Origin: an uncultured Candidatus Binatia bacterium
GTDB lineage: Bacteria; Desulfobacterota; Binatia; Bin18
DNA: 64,000 bases
Direction of reading: 5' to 3'
Assembly (NCBI GenBank): GCA_965214605.1
Contig: OZ243961.1
Span: forward strand, 2,016,001 to 2,080,000
This document shows positions 40,902 to 49,685 of this stretch, piece after piece. The notes under the pieces are model-generated. The model saw only the letters and a list, made by a program, of their open reading frames with translations. It did not search any database and was not told where the DNA came from. Both the position numbers and the translations under genes were made by a program. Numbering within the stretch: the first letter of the stretch is position 1; each line of letters starts with the position of its first letter.

Positions 40902-41786
40902 ATGCGATGTGGCTTACATCTGGCTGGTGGAGCGTCTGTCAGTGATCGGGCAGTGCTGCGTGAGGTGGCGATTGCGGCCGAAGAGGAGGGCTACGATTGT
41001 ATTCTGATCGGCGATCATATCGTACTGCCAAAAACAATTACCACACCCTGGCCGTATGAAGAATATAACGACGGCAAGCCCAACTACGACATTTACACCC
41101 AGATGGAGTGGCTCGACCCGTTTGATACGGTCGCCTTTATGGCTGGCGTCACGGAGAAAGTGCGGCTGGGTTTGGGGGTGTTGATTGTGCCCTACCGCCA
41201 TCCGTTCGATGTGGCTCGGCGGGTGGCAACCATTGACATCCTAAGTGGTGGTCGCTTTGTACTCGGAACCGGAGTTGGCTGGCTGGCAGAGGAGTTCAAA
41301 CTGCTGGGGGTCCCGTTTGAGCGGCGGGGAAAACGAACGCGCGAATATATTGGGGTGATGAAGGCGTTGTGGACCGAGGATAAGCCGCGCTTCTCGGGAG
41401 AGTTCGTGCAGTTGAACGAGGACGTCAACGTGTTACCACGTCCCCTGCAGAAACCTCATCCCCCGATTTGGGTCGGAGGAGAGTCGGTGTACGCCCTGAA
41501 ACGAGTGGTCGCGTTTGGCGATGGTTGGCATATTGCGCTCCTCACATTTGAACAGATTACGAGCATGCTCGAGCAGCTCAAACGTCTGACCGAGCAAGCC
41601 GGCAGAGACTATGCGTCTCTGGAACTCACCGCACTGAGCGATCCAACTCGCACGACCCAAGGCACGATAGAGCGCTATCGTGCCTTGGGCGTGAAGACCT
41701 TGTTCACGATACCGCTGAGTCGAGACTCAGACGGCATTGTCAACGAAGTCCGAGAGTTTGCTAAAAAGGTGCGGGACGTAGGTTGA
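40902..41786 (+). CDS. LLM class F420-dependent oxidoreductase
   Basis: GDHIVLP, RLGLGVLIVPYRHP, GVGWLAEEF, PLQKPHPPIWVGG. Confidence 0.9.
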   Translation: MRCGLHLAGGASVSDRAVLREVAIAAEEEGYDCILIGDHIVLPKTITTPWPYEEYNDGKPNYDIYTQMEWLDPFDTVAFMAGVTEKVRLGLGVLIVPYRHPFDVARRVATIDILSGGRFVLGTGVGWLAEEFKLLGVPFERRGKRTREYIGVMKALWTEDKPRFSGEFVQLNEDVNVLPRPLQKPHPPIWVGGESVYALKRVVAFGDGWHIALLTFEQITSMLEQLKRLTEQAGRDYASLELTALSDPTRTTQGTIERYRALGVKTLFTIPLSRDSDGIVNEVREFAKKVRDVG

Positions 41787-42378
41787 TGCGCCTGGTCTCC
41801 TCCAGCGCTGCTGCAGTCTTGATTCCAGACCGGGGTCTGGTCTTCACGTAAGGAGAGGATGAACCATCATCGAAGGGAAGCAGGCCTGAGATAAGCCCTC
41901 GCAGGACTGAGCGTTAATCCACTTGCCACGGCCACGAGGTGAGACTGGACTCACCAGTAGTGGGAGCGCGATTCACCATCTCCTCAATGCTTGGGACACC
42001 TCCAAGGAAGGTGACAAGGGAGATCTTCCAGTTCTTGGAGTTCGTCTTCCAGCCCGCCTAGGAATCCGCCCTCCCCGCCCCCCTCCCTCTACTCGGGATC
42101 TCCCCCGTCCAAATTTTCAGCATGTGGAAAACGGGCCGGGGGCATTTCCTAAGCTTCAAACTCGGCTAGGGAACGTTCCAACACCCCCCGGACCTTAATA
42201 CGGATCAAGAGCCTAGACATCCGCCTGAGCGCTTTCTTGGCCCCGGAGTACAATGACAATGACCATCTAGACGCTTATACGTCTTCCCCTTGCCCCAGAG
42301 AAGACGCCGGAAAGCAACCGCAGAGGGCTGCTGCCGGCTCCACTATCGCCTGATGGTCGTCATCTGCCCCGTTCATCG

Positions 42379-43260
42379 CTACACACTCGCCGACGGAACG
42401 ACGAGCTTCTCGGCCAACCTTTCAATCTCAGCTCGAATTTTGCTCGGATCGTCGGCAAAGCCACCTACAATTACCTGATCGACACCAAGATCGCTGTAGC
42501 GCTTGATCTGATCTATCTCCACCGGTGAGCCGAGTCCCGGAGAAACGGCAAAGCTCAGTTTGTCAGGATCACGACCAGCGGCTTTGGCGTACTCTTTCAT
42601 GCGCGGGATCTTTTCCTGAGCGTCCTCAGGGGTCACATTTACCCCAAACCACCCATCCCCGACCTCACCGACCCGCTTGAGAGCTGGGGTACTCTCTCCG
42701 CCAAAAATAATCGGTGGGTGGGGTTTTTGGATCGGCTTGGGCAACATGACCGACTTGGGAAAGCTACAGAACTCCCCCCTAAACTCGGGCTCATCCTCAG
42801 TCCACAGCAACTTCATGGCCTGCAGATACTCGCGGGTCCGCTGGGCACGGCGTGGCCACGGCACCCCAACCGCGTCAAATTCCTCGGCCAGCCAGCCAAT
42901 GCCAACGCCAAAATCAAACCGTCCACCCGACAGTTTGTCGAGGCTGGCGACTTCCTTGGCCGTGACAACTGGGTTGCGCTCCGGTACCAGACAAATCCCG
43001 GTCCCCAGACGAATGTCCTTGGTTGTAGCGGCGGCAAAAGTCAGGGTCGTAAACGGATCAAGAATATCGACCTGGGTCGACATTGGGAGCCGTCCATCCT
43101 GGGAATAGGGATACCTGGAGGCGTACTGGTTGAGCAGCACCACATGCTCAGGTGCCCATAATGAGTAGAACCCGGCCTGGTCAGCCGTCTGAGCGGTGAC
43201 CGTGACATTCTCAGGCTCAGCCGCGATACCAATCCCGATTGCAAAATAGCCAATCTTCAT
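42379..43260 (-). CDS. LLM class F420-dependent oxidoreductase
   Basis: WAPEHVV, RLGTGICLVPERNP, GIGWLAEEF, PIQKPHPPIIFGG. Confidence 0.9.
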   Translation of the reverse strand: MKIGYFAIGIGIAAEPENVTVTAQTADQAGFYSLWAPEHVVLLNQYASRYPYSQDGRLPMSTQVDILDPFTTLTFAAATTKDIRLGTGICLVPERNPVVTAKEVASLDKLSGGRFDFGVGIGWLAEEFDAVGVPWPRRAQRTREYLQAMKLLWTEDEPEFRGEFCSFPKSVMLPKPIQKPHPPIIFGGESTPALKRVGEVGDGWFGVNVTPEDAQEKIPRMKEYAKAAGRDPDKLSFAVSPGLGSPVEIDQIKRYSDLGVDQVIVGGFADDPSKIRAEIERLAEKLVVPSASV

Positions 43261-43282
43261 TGCTTTCCCCTTTCTTTACGTC

Positions 43283-43681
43283 CTACGTATGCTCAAGCTT
43301 GGCCCGTGCCTCACGCCCCTTGTCTGGAGTCGGATCTTTGACCACCCCGTAAATCTGGCGACCCTCATGATCTTCCGGTAGATGCTCGGTAATCGGCACG
43401 CCTTCGGGGGTCACAAACAGCAAACAGTGACAGTACTTCCACTGTTTCATCTCGTCGCAGGCGCACACCCATTCACGGCTCCGCTCGACCTCGGTCTTTT
43501 TATCCGGATAAAAATTGCACGGGCACAGCGGCCGGCCAACCTGGTCGATATTGCTGGCCAATCCCATAATAACCGACTCGGTAACCTCCTTATCTGGATG
43601 GGCAGAGGTGCCTGTTTTTTGGAGATACTTCTCAACGTAAATCCGCATCCTTCTGATGCTTTTTTCCGACGGCTGTTCCAT
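43283..43681 (-). CDS. ftrC: Ferredoxin:thioredoxin reductase catalytic (beta) subunit
   Basis: VIMGLA..GRPLCPC...WVCAC...YCHCLLF motif triad. Confidence 0.88.
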   Translation of the reverse strand: MEQPSEKSIRRMRIYVEKYLQKTGTSAHPDKEVTESVIMGLASNIDQVGRPLCPCNFYPDKKTEVERSREWVCACDEMKQWKYCHCLLFVTPEGVPITEHLPEDHEGRQIYGVVKDPTPDKGREARAKLEHT

Positions 43682-43832
43682 CGCGGTGCTCCCTTTCATG
43701 GGTTGGCTGCACAGTCTAGTATGGTCTTGTGGTCTTAAAAAGCTGTCGCTGATCTCGTCCATGGAATCGGTCCATCAATGATAGCTTCTATGCCACCCTC
43801 GGCAAAAGATAAAGGGCTTGAGAGTTATCAGC

Positions 43833-44810
43833 ATGTCAGAATCGAAGATTTACGTCACTCGAACCATTCCAGACCAGGCGCTGTCTGTACTCAGGCCGCG
43901 TGGACAGGTGCGGCTGTGGGAGGCGGATGAGACGGTGCCTCGGGACACCCTGCTGCAAGAGGTCCGGGACACGACCGCCCTGCTCAGCATGGTGACCGAG
44001 CGGATTGATGACGAGTTGATCGACCACGCCCCCCAGCTTACCATCGTCGCCAATATGGCGGTTGGTTACGATAATGTGGACGTCCCGGCTTTAAGCCGTC
44101 GTGGCGTACTGCTGACCAATACGCCGGGCGTCCTGACAGAGACAACTGCCGATCTCAGCTTTGGACTGATTTTAGGCATTGCACGCCGTATTGCCGAGGC
44201 CGACCAGTTTGTGCGAGATGGGGGCTGGCGATCGTGGGGACCCCTCTTTTTTGTAGGCCATGACGTTCACCATGCCACCCTAGGAATTATTGGTCTGGGC
44301 CGTATTGGCACCCAGGTTGCCCAGCGGGCTAAGGGTTTTGATATGCGGGTGGTCTACACAAATCGGGGCCGCAACCGAGAGGCAGAAGAGCGCTTAGGCT
44401 GCGTCCGGGTTGATTTGTCGACCCTCTTACGTGAATCAGACTTTGTGAGCATCCACGCTCCGCTTAGTCCACGCACTCGCCACCTGCTGTCAGGTCCAGA
44501 GTTTCGGCTGATGAAGAAGACCGCCTTTCTGATCAATGTGGCACGAGGACCCCTAGTCGATCAGCCTGCTCTGTATGAGGCGCTGCGGGATGGAGAGATC
44601 GCCGGCGCCGCCCTCGACGTAACCGACCCGGAACCGATTGCCACAGACGATCCGCTCTTGTCGCTCAAAAACTGCTTGATCGTTCCCCATATTGGCAGCG
44701 CGAGTCTTGACACCCGGATCCGCATGGCAACTCTGGCGGCCGAGAATATTGCGGCCTTTTTGGCCGGCGGACCACCGCCCACACCGGTTAATCCTGAGGT
44801 ATTAGCTTGA
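43833..44810 (+). CDS. D-glycerate dehydrogenase / glyoxylate reductase
   Basis: AVGYDNVD, NTPGVLTETTAD, GIIGLGRIG, INVARG, LDVTDPEP, PHIGSAS. Confidence 0.92.
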   Translation: MSESKIYVTRTIPDQALSVLRPRGQVRLWEADETVPRDTLLQEVRDTTALLSMVTERIDDELIDHAPQLTIVANMAVGYDNVDVPALSRRGVLLTNTPGVLTETTADLSFGLILGIARRIAEADQFVRDGGWRSWGPLFFVGHDVHHATLGIIGLGRIGTQVAQRAKGFDMRVVYTNRGRNREAEERLGCVRVDLSTLLRESDFVSIHAPLSPRTRHLLSGPEFRLMKKTAFLINVARGPLVDQPALYEALRDGEIAGAALDVTDPEPIATDDPLLSLKNCLIVPHIGSASLDTRIRMATLAAENIAAFLAGGPPPTPVNPEVLA

Positions 44811-44859
44811 CGAGGGCCGACGCACGCGTCAGCCCTATCAAGAAAGAAATGGTAGTCGC

Positions 44860-45408
44860 TTACAGAGCCGCGGCGCGTGCGTCTTCTTTCAGCAGCTGGG
44901 CAACGATCGTATCCACGATCGCGTCGGCCCGACCCCAGACTTCTTCTTTTGTCAATGGCACAATTGGATGTGGAACCGTCACGACTTCATAGGTCGGAAT
45001 GCCTAGGTTTGTACACTGGACCCGGGCGGCAGCCACAAATTCAGTGGTGGAAATATTGACGGTCGGAATCCCCTGCTCTTCAAAATAGGCGACGTCGTGC
45101 GAACTGCACGAAATGCATGAGCCTCAAGAGCTGACCGCTTCGATGAGCCCATGGCAACGAGACACAATATCCTGGCGAGCCTCGGGATTCACCACCCGGG
45201 TGGGAGCCGGTTTGGCATGCCGGACCACCTCAGCCACCCCATAGCGGTCCTTGAGGAGCGTCTCAACACGGTCCAGAAAGATGTTGCTATTGGGGAAGCC
45301 AATGTCTACTAACGCCAGCGTTGTGCCCTGCAAGCTAGAGAGACGCGGGGCAAGTGTTTTCTCGACCTTGCCGCTATAGCCAATCGGATCAAGCATTTCG
45401 TCTGCCAT
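44860..45408 (-). CDS. UGSC-family selenoprotein (Sec at codon 95), 182 aa
   Basis: Frame continues past TGA 45126-45124: ...LIEAVSS-U-GSCISCSSHDVAYFEEQGIPTV...VPHPI...ARAAAL*; RBS AAGGAGG. Confidence 0.88.
45088..45123 (-). promoter_or_regulatory. Bacterial SECIS-like hairpin
   Basis: UGA-GGCUCAUGCAUU-UCGUGC-AGUUC-GCACGA-CGUCGCC; perfect 6-bp upper stem, GU in the apical loop, loop begins 18 nt after the UGA. Confidence 0.75.
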
Positions 45409-45437
45409 GTCCTTCCTCCTTAATGACAATGAAAGAG

Positions 45438-46523
45438 CTAGATGACTATTTTTTTGGTCACCGGCGTACTGCCCAAGTCGTCGGCAACCCAACCCGGAAT
45501 AGTGACGGAGAAACGGCCCGCCGTACCGCCCGCGACGACCACTAAAATTGAGTCCAGCGAGCGGAATTTACGGACATGATCATCGACCACAAAGCCCTTG
45601 TTCTCGGCCGCCTGCAATAGACTCACCCCAAACCCCTCACCACCTTTATCACCCGGTTTGAGATCTGCTACAGCCCTCTTGACATTATCGTACAGAAACT
45701 GCCGAACGTCTTTGCGTGACCAGCCTTCGGCCGCAATGGTCTGGGCATGCTCCGGACTCAAGACCAGAATTGTATCGCCGAACAGCGGATAGTTTTTGTG
45801 ATTCCACAGCCCACCCCCCATTGTCAGGCCGATTGAGTACATCAGCTGTTCGGCACTCCGGCTCTGAAAGTCACTGATCTGTTGCGGCCCACCACCGGCA
45901 AACAGGGTGATGGCAGAATCATCCTGGTGCAAACCTCGCTCGGTATGAAACGGCGGCCAGGGACACTCTTCCTCATTCTCGCCAATAATCGCGCTGTACT
46001 GACCGGGCTGACCCATGGTAGCTTTAGTGAGTTCATGGGGGCGTGCCCCACCAATGTTCATAATGGTCAGCCGCAGAGCACGTCCAATTGTAGCATTCGG
46101 TCGAAAACCATGCCCCAGCGCGTTATGCCCACAGTTGAGGCCGATGCGCGGCCGAACCGGACCGTTAATAATCGCCCACGGTGCTGCGGAAAAAAGTGTG
46201 ACATTCATGCCGTGGGCACACAGCCGTTCGTCACACAGAGCCTCGACTCCGGCCAACACCACCGGAAAATACGGAGGCGCACAGCCAGCCATCACCGCAT
46301 TGACCGCAACCCGCTCGACAGTAGCCTCGCCATAACACGGCCCCAGCGTACCGATGAGTTCCTCTCTGGCCCGGCCCGGCGCGCCAGCTAACATACGTTC
46401 CACCCGTTCACGGGTCGGCGGCACGGCCGGTAGTCCATCCGTTACCCCCCGTTCGAATAACTGCTCAATGGGATCATCGGGGAGAGCCGATGCCGTTGGT
46501 GTTTCAGTCGGAGCTGTTGCCAT
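45438..46523 (-). CDS. Conserved UGSC-associated hypothetical protein
   Basis: GVTDGLPAVPPTRERVERML, AVNAVMAGC, NATIGRALRL, ENEEECPW, VVAGG; family recalled as adjacent or fused to UGSC. Confidence 0.8.
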   Translation of the reverse strand: MATAPTETPTASALPDDPIEQLFERGVTDGLPAVPPTRERVERMLAGAPGRAREELIGTLGPCYGEATVERVAVNAVMAGCAPPYFPVVLAGVEALCDERLCAHGMNVTLFSAAPWAIINGPVRPRIGLNCGHNALGHGFRPNATIGRALRLTIMNIGGARPHELTKATMGQPGQYSAIIGENEEECPWPPFHTERGLHQDDSAITLFAGGGPQQISDFQSRSAEQLMYSIGLTMGGGLWNHKNYPLFGDTILVLSPEHAQTIAAEGWSRKDVRQFLYDNVKRAVADLKPGDKGGEGFGVSLLQAAENKGFVVDDHVRKFRSLDSILVVVAGGTAGRFSVTIPGWVADDLGSTPVTKKIVI

Positions 46524-46720
46524 ACCACCCCCTCCATTGGCGCTTTACTCTAAAAGTATCAACAGGGGATTGCAAGACGGAGAACCAGCGGGTGATGATG
46601 GGTTGGCTGGGATTATCTATACCTTCACTTGACGAATAAGGAATCGATGAAAACCACGGCCGTCCGAAGGCCGGTCCCCAAGAGAACCGAGAACTCGCCG
46701 CCTTGACGACCGGGTCCGCA

Positions 46721-46805
46721 CAGCGGAATTACCGCGTTTTCAACGATCTCACAATAGATCACTTGAGCGGTATCAACCTCAATTTCCGGTGAGAACAATG
46801 CCAGG
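46721..46805 (+). pseudogene. N-terminal fragment of an AAA/ABC-type ATPase
   Basis: RNYRVFNDLTIDHLSGINL/ISGENNA (frameshifted, broken Walker A). Confidence 0.4.
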
Positions 46806-46946
46806 CTAGGCGGCAGGGTTGCTCTCGTCCCATCTGGGCCGGGGGGTGCTGCCGTGCCCCAGCGCCTTGCGCCCGGCGGGCCGGGCCCGCGACGGCGCGG
46901 GTGCTAGCTGGCTTTCGCCGCCAGGGCGCAGATCAAGGCCGGGGTT

Positions 46947-47437
46947 ATGGTGAGGGGGGTCCGCTGGGAGCAGGCCGATGCGGTGGCCGCGGTTGCGGCT
47001 AACGGGAGGAAATGGCTGGCGGGGCTGCGGGCTGCGGCGCTGATTGCGGTGAGGTCAGATACGCTGTTGCGGGTGTCAGAGGTGGAAGCCCTGGACGTAG
47101 CGGACGTGGATATGGAAGCGCGGACGGTGACGATCCGGCGCGGGAAGACGGATCAGGAGGACCGGGCGGGATGTACCTGGCGACGCTGGGCCGTGTACAG
47201 GCCTGGCTGGACGCGACGGGTAGGAGGGCCGGGGCGCTGTTGCGGGCGGTGACGACAAGCGGGCCGGGGCGGAGGCGGCGGGGCCGGGCGGGATCTGCGC
47301 CGGCGGATTACGGCCCGGGTGCCGGCAGGCGGAAGTGGGCGGCGCTGGCGTCTGCCGGCACCTCGGTGGCGGCGAGGCCGACGGCAGGCCGCTGGTCCGC
47401 CCCGCAGATGCCCAGGCTGGACGCCCGCCATCAGTGA
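46947..47437 (+). pseudogene. Tyrosine recombinase remnant (left island border)
   Basis: LRAAALIAVRSDTLLRVSEVEALDVADVD..TVTIRRGKTDQE (box I Arg and Lys motif), then frameshifts. Confidence 0.75.
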
Positions 47438-47467
47438 GCCAAGCGGAGGGCGGCGGGATCTGCGGTC

Positions 47468-48640
47468 TCAGGAATAGCTGGAGCGAACGCTTGTCAGGGA
47501 GGCAAGCGTCTCAACAACGAGGGTCGCCGCGCGCTCGATTTCTGCGTCGGTCGTGAAGCGGCCGAAGCTGAAGCGAGTGGAAGCCTCGATTGCTGCTGCC
47601 CCGAGACCGAGGGCGCGGAGGACATGGGACGGCTCAGGGATGCCCGAGGTGCAGGCCGCGCCGGTAGACGCGGCGAGGCGGGGTTGGAGAGAGCCGAGCA
47701 GGTCCTGGGCACTGAACCCGGCAAAGCGCAGATTGGCATTGCCGGGGTGGCGGTGGCCCCTGGGAGGCCCGTTGACGGCGACGGAAAATCGACTGCTGTG
47801 CAGCAGCCGTATGAAGGCATCGCGCTGCCGTGCCAGCCGTTTGCGCTCTGCGGCGCCTTCCGGCGTGCGAATGATCTCGGTCGCGGCCGCCATGCCGACA
47901 CAAAGCGCTAACGGGACGGTGCCGGAACGCAGTCCATTCTGCTGCCCACCGCCGTAGATCAAGGGTTCGATGCGCTCTTGCACGTCACGGCGAATGTAGA
48001 GTGCGCCGATCCCCTGCGGCCCATACACCTTGTGACCGGACAGACAGATCAGGTCGGCATGGACAGCAAGCTCGCTCACGTCTATGGCGCACGGTGCCTG
48101 GGCTGCGTCACAATGGAACACGGCACCGTGCGGAGCGAGCAGTGCGGCAATACGGGGAATGTCTTGAATGGTGCCGACCTCGTTGTTAACGGCCATGACT
48201 GACACGACAAGCACTGTATCGTCGAGTCGTTCTGCAAGCGCATCCAAGTTGATAAAACCTTGGCCGTCCACCGGGATGCGCTCTACTCTGAAGCCTTCGC
48301 GCTCTGCGAGCGACCGGGCGGCAGTCAGAACGCATTTGTGCTCGATAGCGCTGACCAGAATGCGCCGTCGCCCTGTGGGTGCCCGTCGCGCCAGGCCGAG
48401 CAGTGCCAGGTTATTCGCTTCGGTAGCGCCGGAGGTAAAAATCATCTCGTCGGTGTCGGCACCAATCAGCGCCGCCACGCATGACGCCGCCTCACGGACC
48501 GCCTCAGCCGCACGCCAGCCTATGATGTGATCGCTCGAATGGGGGTTGCCGAACGCTTCGCGCCAGTATGGCGCCATCTTTTCCACAACACGCGGATCGA
48601 CGGGCGTCGTCGCCTGGTAGTCGGAGTAGATGGTGTTCAT
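47468..48640 (-). CDS. sspA: Cysteine desulfurase (SspA/DndA-type)
   Basis: DYQATTP, FTSGATEANN, AVNNEVGT, SGHKVYGPQG, STGAACTSG; divergent from sspB. Confidence 0.88.
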   Translation of the reverse strand: MNTIYSDYQATTPVDPRVVEKMAPYWREAFGNPHSSDHIIGWRAAEAVREAASCVAALIGADTDEMIFTSGATEANNLALLGLARRAPTGRRRILVSAIEHKCVLTAARSLAEREGFRVERIPVDGQGFINLDALAERLDDTVLVVSVMAVNNEVGTIQDIPRIAALLAPHGAVFHCDAAQAPCAIDVSELAVHADLICLSGHKVYGPQGIGALYIRRDVQERIEPLIYGGGQQNGLRSGTVPLALCVGMAAATEIIRTPEGAAERKRLARQRDAFIRLLHSSRFSVAVNGPPRGHRHPGNANLRFAGFSAQDLLGSLQPRLAASTGAACTSGIPEPSHVLRALGLGAAAIEASTRFSFGRFTTDAEIERAATLVVETLASLTSVRSSYS

Positions 48641-48731
48641 AATAGTCCTTTCGGCCCGAACTCGTACCTAGTAGACAGTACCCCACTCTCTTGGATATTG
48701 TCCATGGAACCGTTCCTTCGGATAAAAAGCC

Positions 48732-49685
48732 ATGTCCCGAGGCCCCTTATACCAAAACGCCTATCGCCCGCAGCTGTCGGGACATGAGACGTTTCCGCTC
48801 CGCTATGGCTGGCTGAAAAAGGCTTTTGAGGCGGTTCAGGCGAGCAAAGACCAGGGGCACAACAAGTCTATTTTCTCGGGCGAAGACGCCATCGCCCGGT
48901 TCGGCCTCGGCAAGAACATGGTTTCCTCCATGCGTCATTGGGCCGCGGCGGCGGGTGTCATTGAGGACAGTAGGGTGGACCGTCCCACCACTCTTGGACG
49001 GTCCCTGTTTGGTGCAGACGGACTCGACCCCTATATGGAAGACCCAGCTACGTCGTGGCTGGTCCATTGGCAGCTGTGCGGCCGTCCGAACAAGACTACC
49101 TACTTTTGGGCCTTCAGCCATTACCCAGCCCTGTCCTTCGAGCGCGAAACTTTGGTCAAAGCCCTTAACAAGCTCGCCAAGGAGCGCGATTGGAGTCGGG
49201 CGGCCGAGGCCACCATCAGAAGAGACGTCATCTGTTTCGTGCGTACTTATGTTGCGCAGCGTTCATCAAGACAAGCCAGCCAGGAAGACGCCCTAGAGTC
49301 CCCTTTGACCGAGCTTGGTCTGATTAAACGGGTGGGCAGGAGCGAGAGGTTCAGATTTGTCCGAGGGCAGAAGCCGTCTCTCGGTCCCGGCGTGTTCTGC
49401 TATGCGGTGACGGACTTCTGGGCTCGGTTTTCCAAAACCGCCGAGACGCTCTCCTTCGAGACCCTGGCTCACGAGCCCGGGTCGCCCGGTCGGGTCTTTC
49501 TGCTGGACGAAAACGATGTGGTAGATATGCTTGCAGGCCTGGAAGAGGTGAGTGAAGGTATCTACACATGGTCGGAGACGGCTGGTCTGAGACAGCTCAT
49601 CCGCAAGTGCGCATTGTCCGTCGAGGGTGCGCTTGACTTCATCAAGCTGGACTACGCTGCAAATGGCACGAGGAACGCCGCGTAA
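48732..49685 (+). CDS. sspB: DUF4007 family protein, SspB nickase
   Basis: SGHETFPLRYGWLKK, GLGKNMVSSMRHW, DPYMED...WLVHW, ETAGLRQL. Confidence 0.9.
   Translation: MSRGPLYQNAYRPQLSGHETFPLRYGWLKKAFEAVQASKDQGHNKSIFSGEDAIARFGLGKNMVSSMRHWAAAAGVIEDSRVDRPTTLGRSLFGADGLDPYMEDPATSWLVHWQLCGRPNKTTYFWAFSHYPALSFERETLVKALNKLAKERDWSRAAEATIRRDVICFVRTYVAQRSSRQASQEDALESPLTELGLIKRVGRSERFRFVRGQKPSLGPGVFCYAVTDFWARFSKTAETLSFETLAHEPGSPGRVFLLDENDVVDMLAGLEEVSEGIYTWSETAGLRQLIRKCALSVEGALDFIKLDYAANGTRNAA

Noticed and set aside
41800-42370. Spacer between convergent LLM genes
   Set aside because: Possibly a decayed gene, but no assignable fragments
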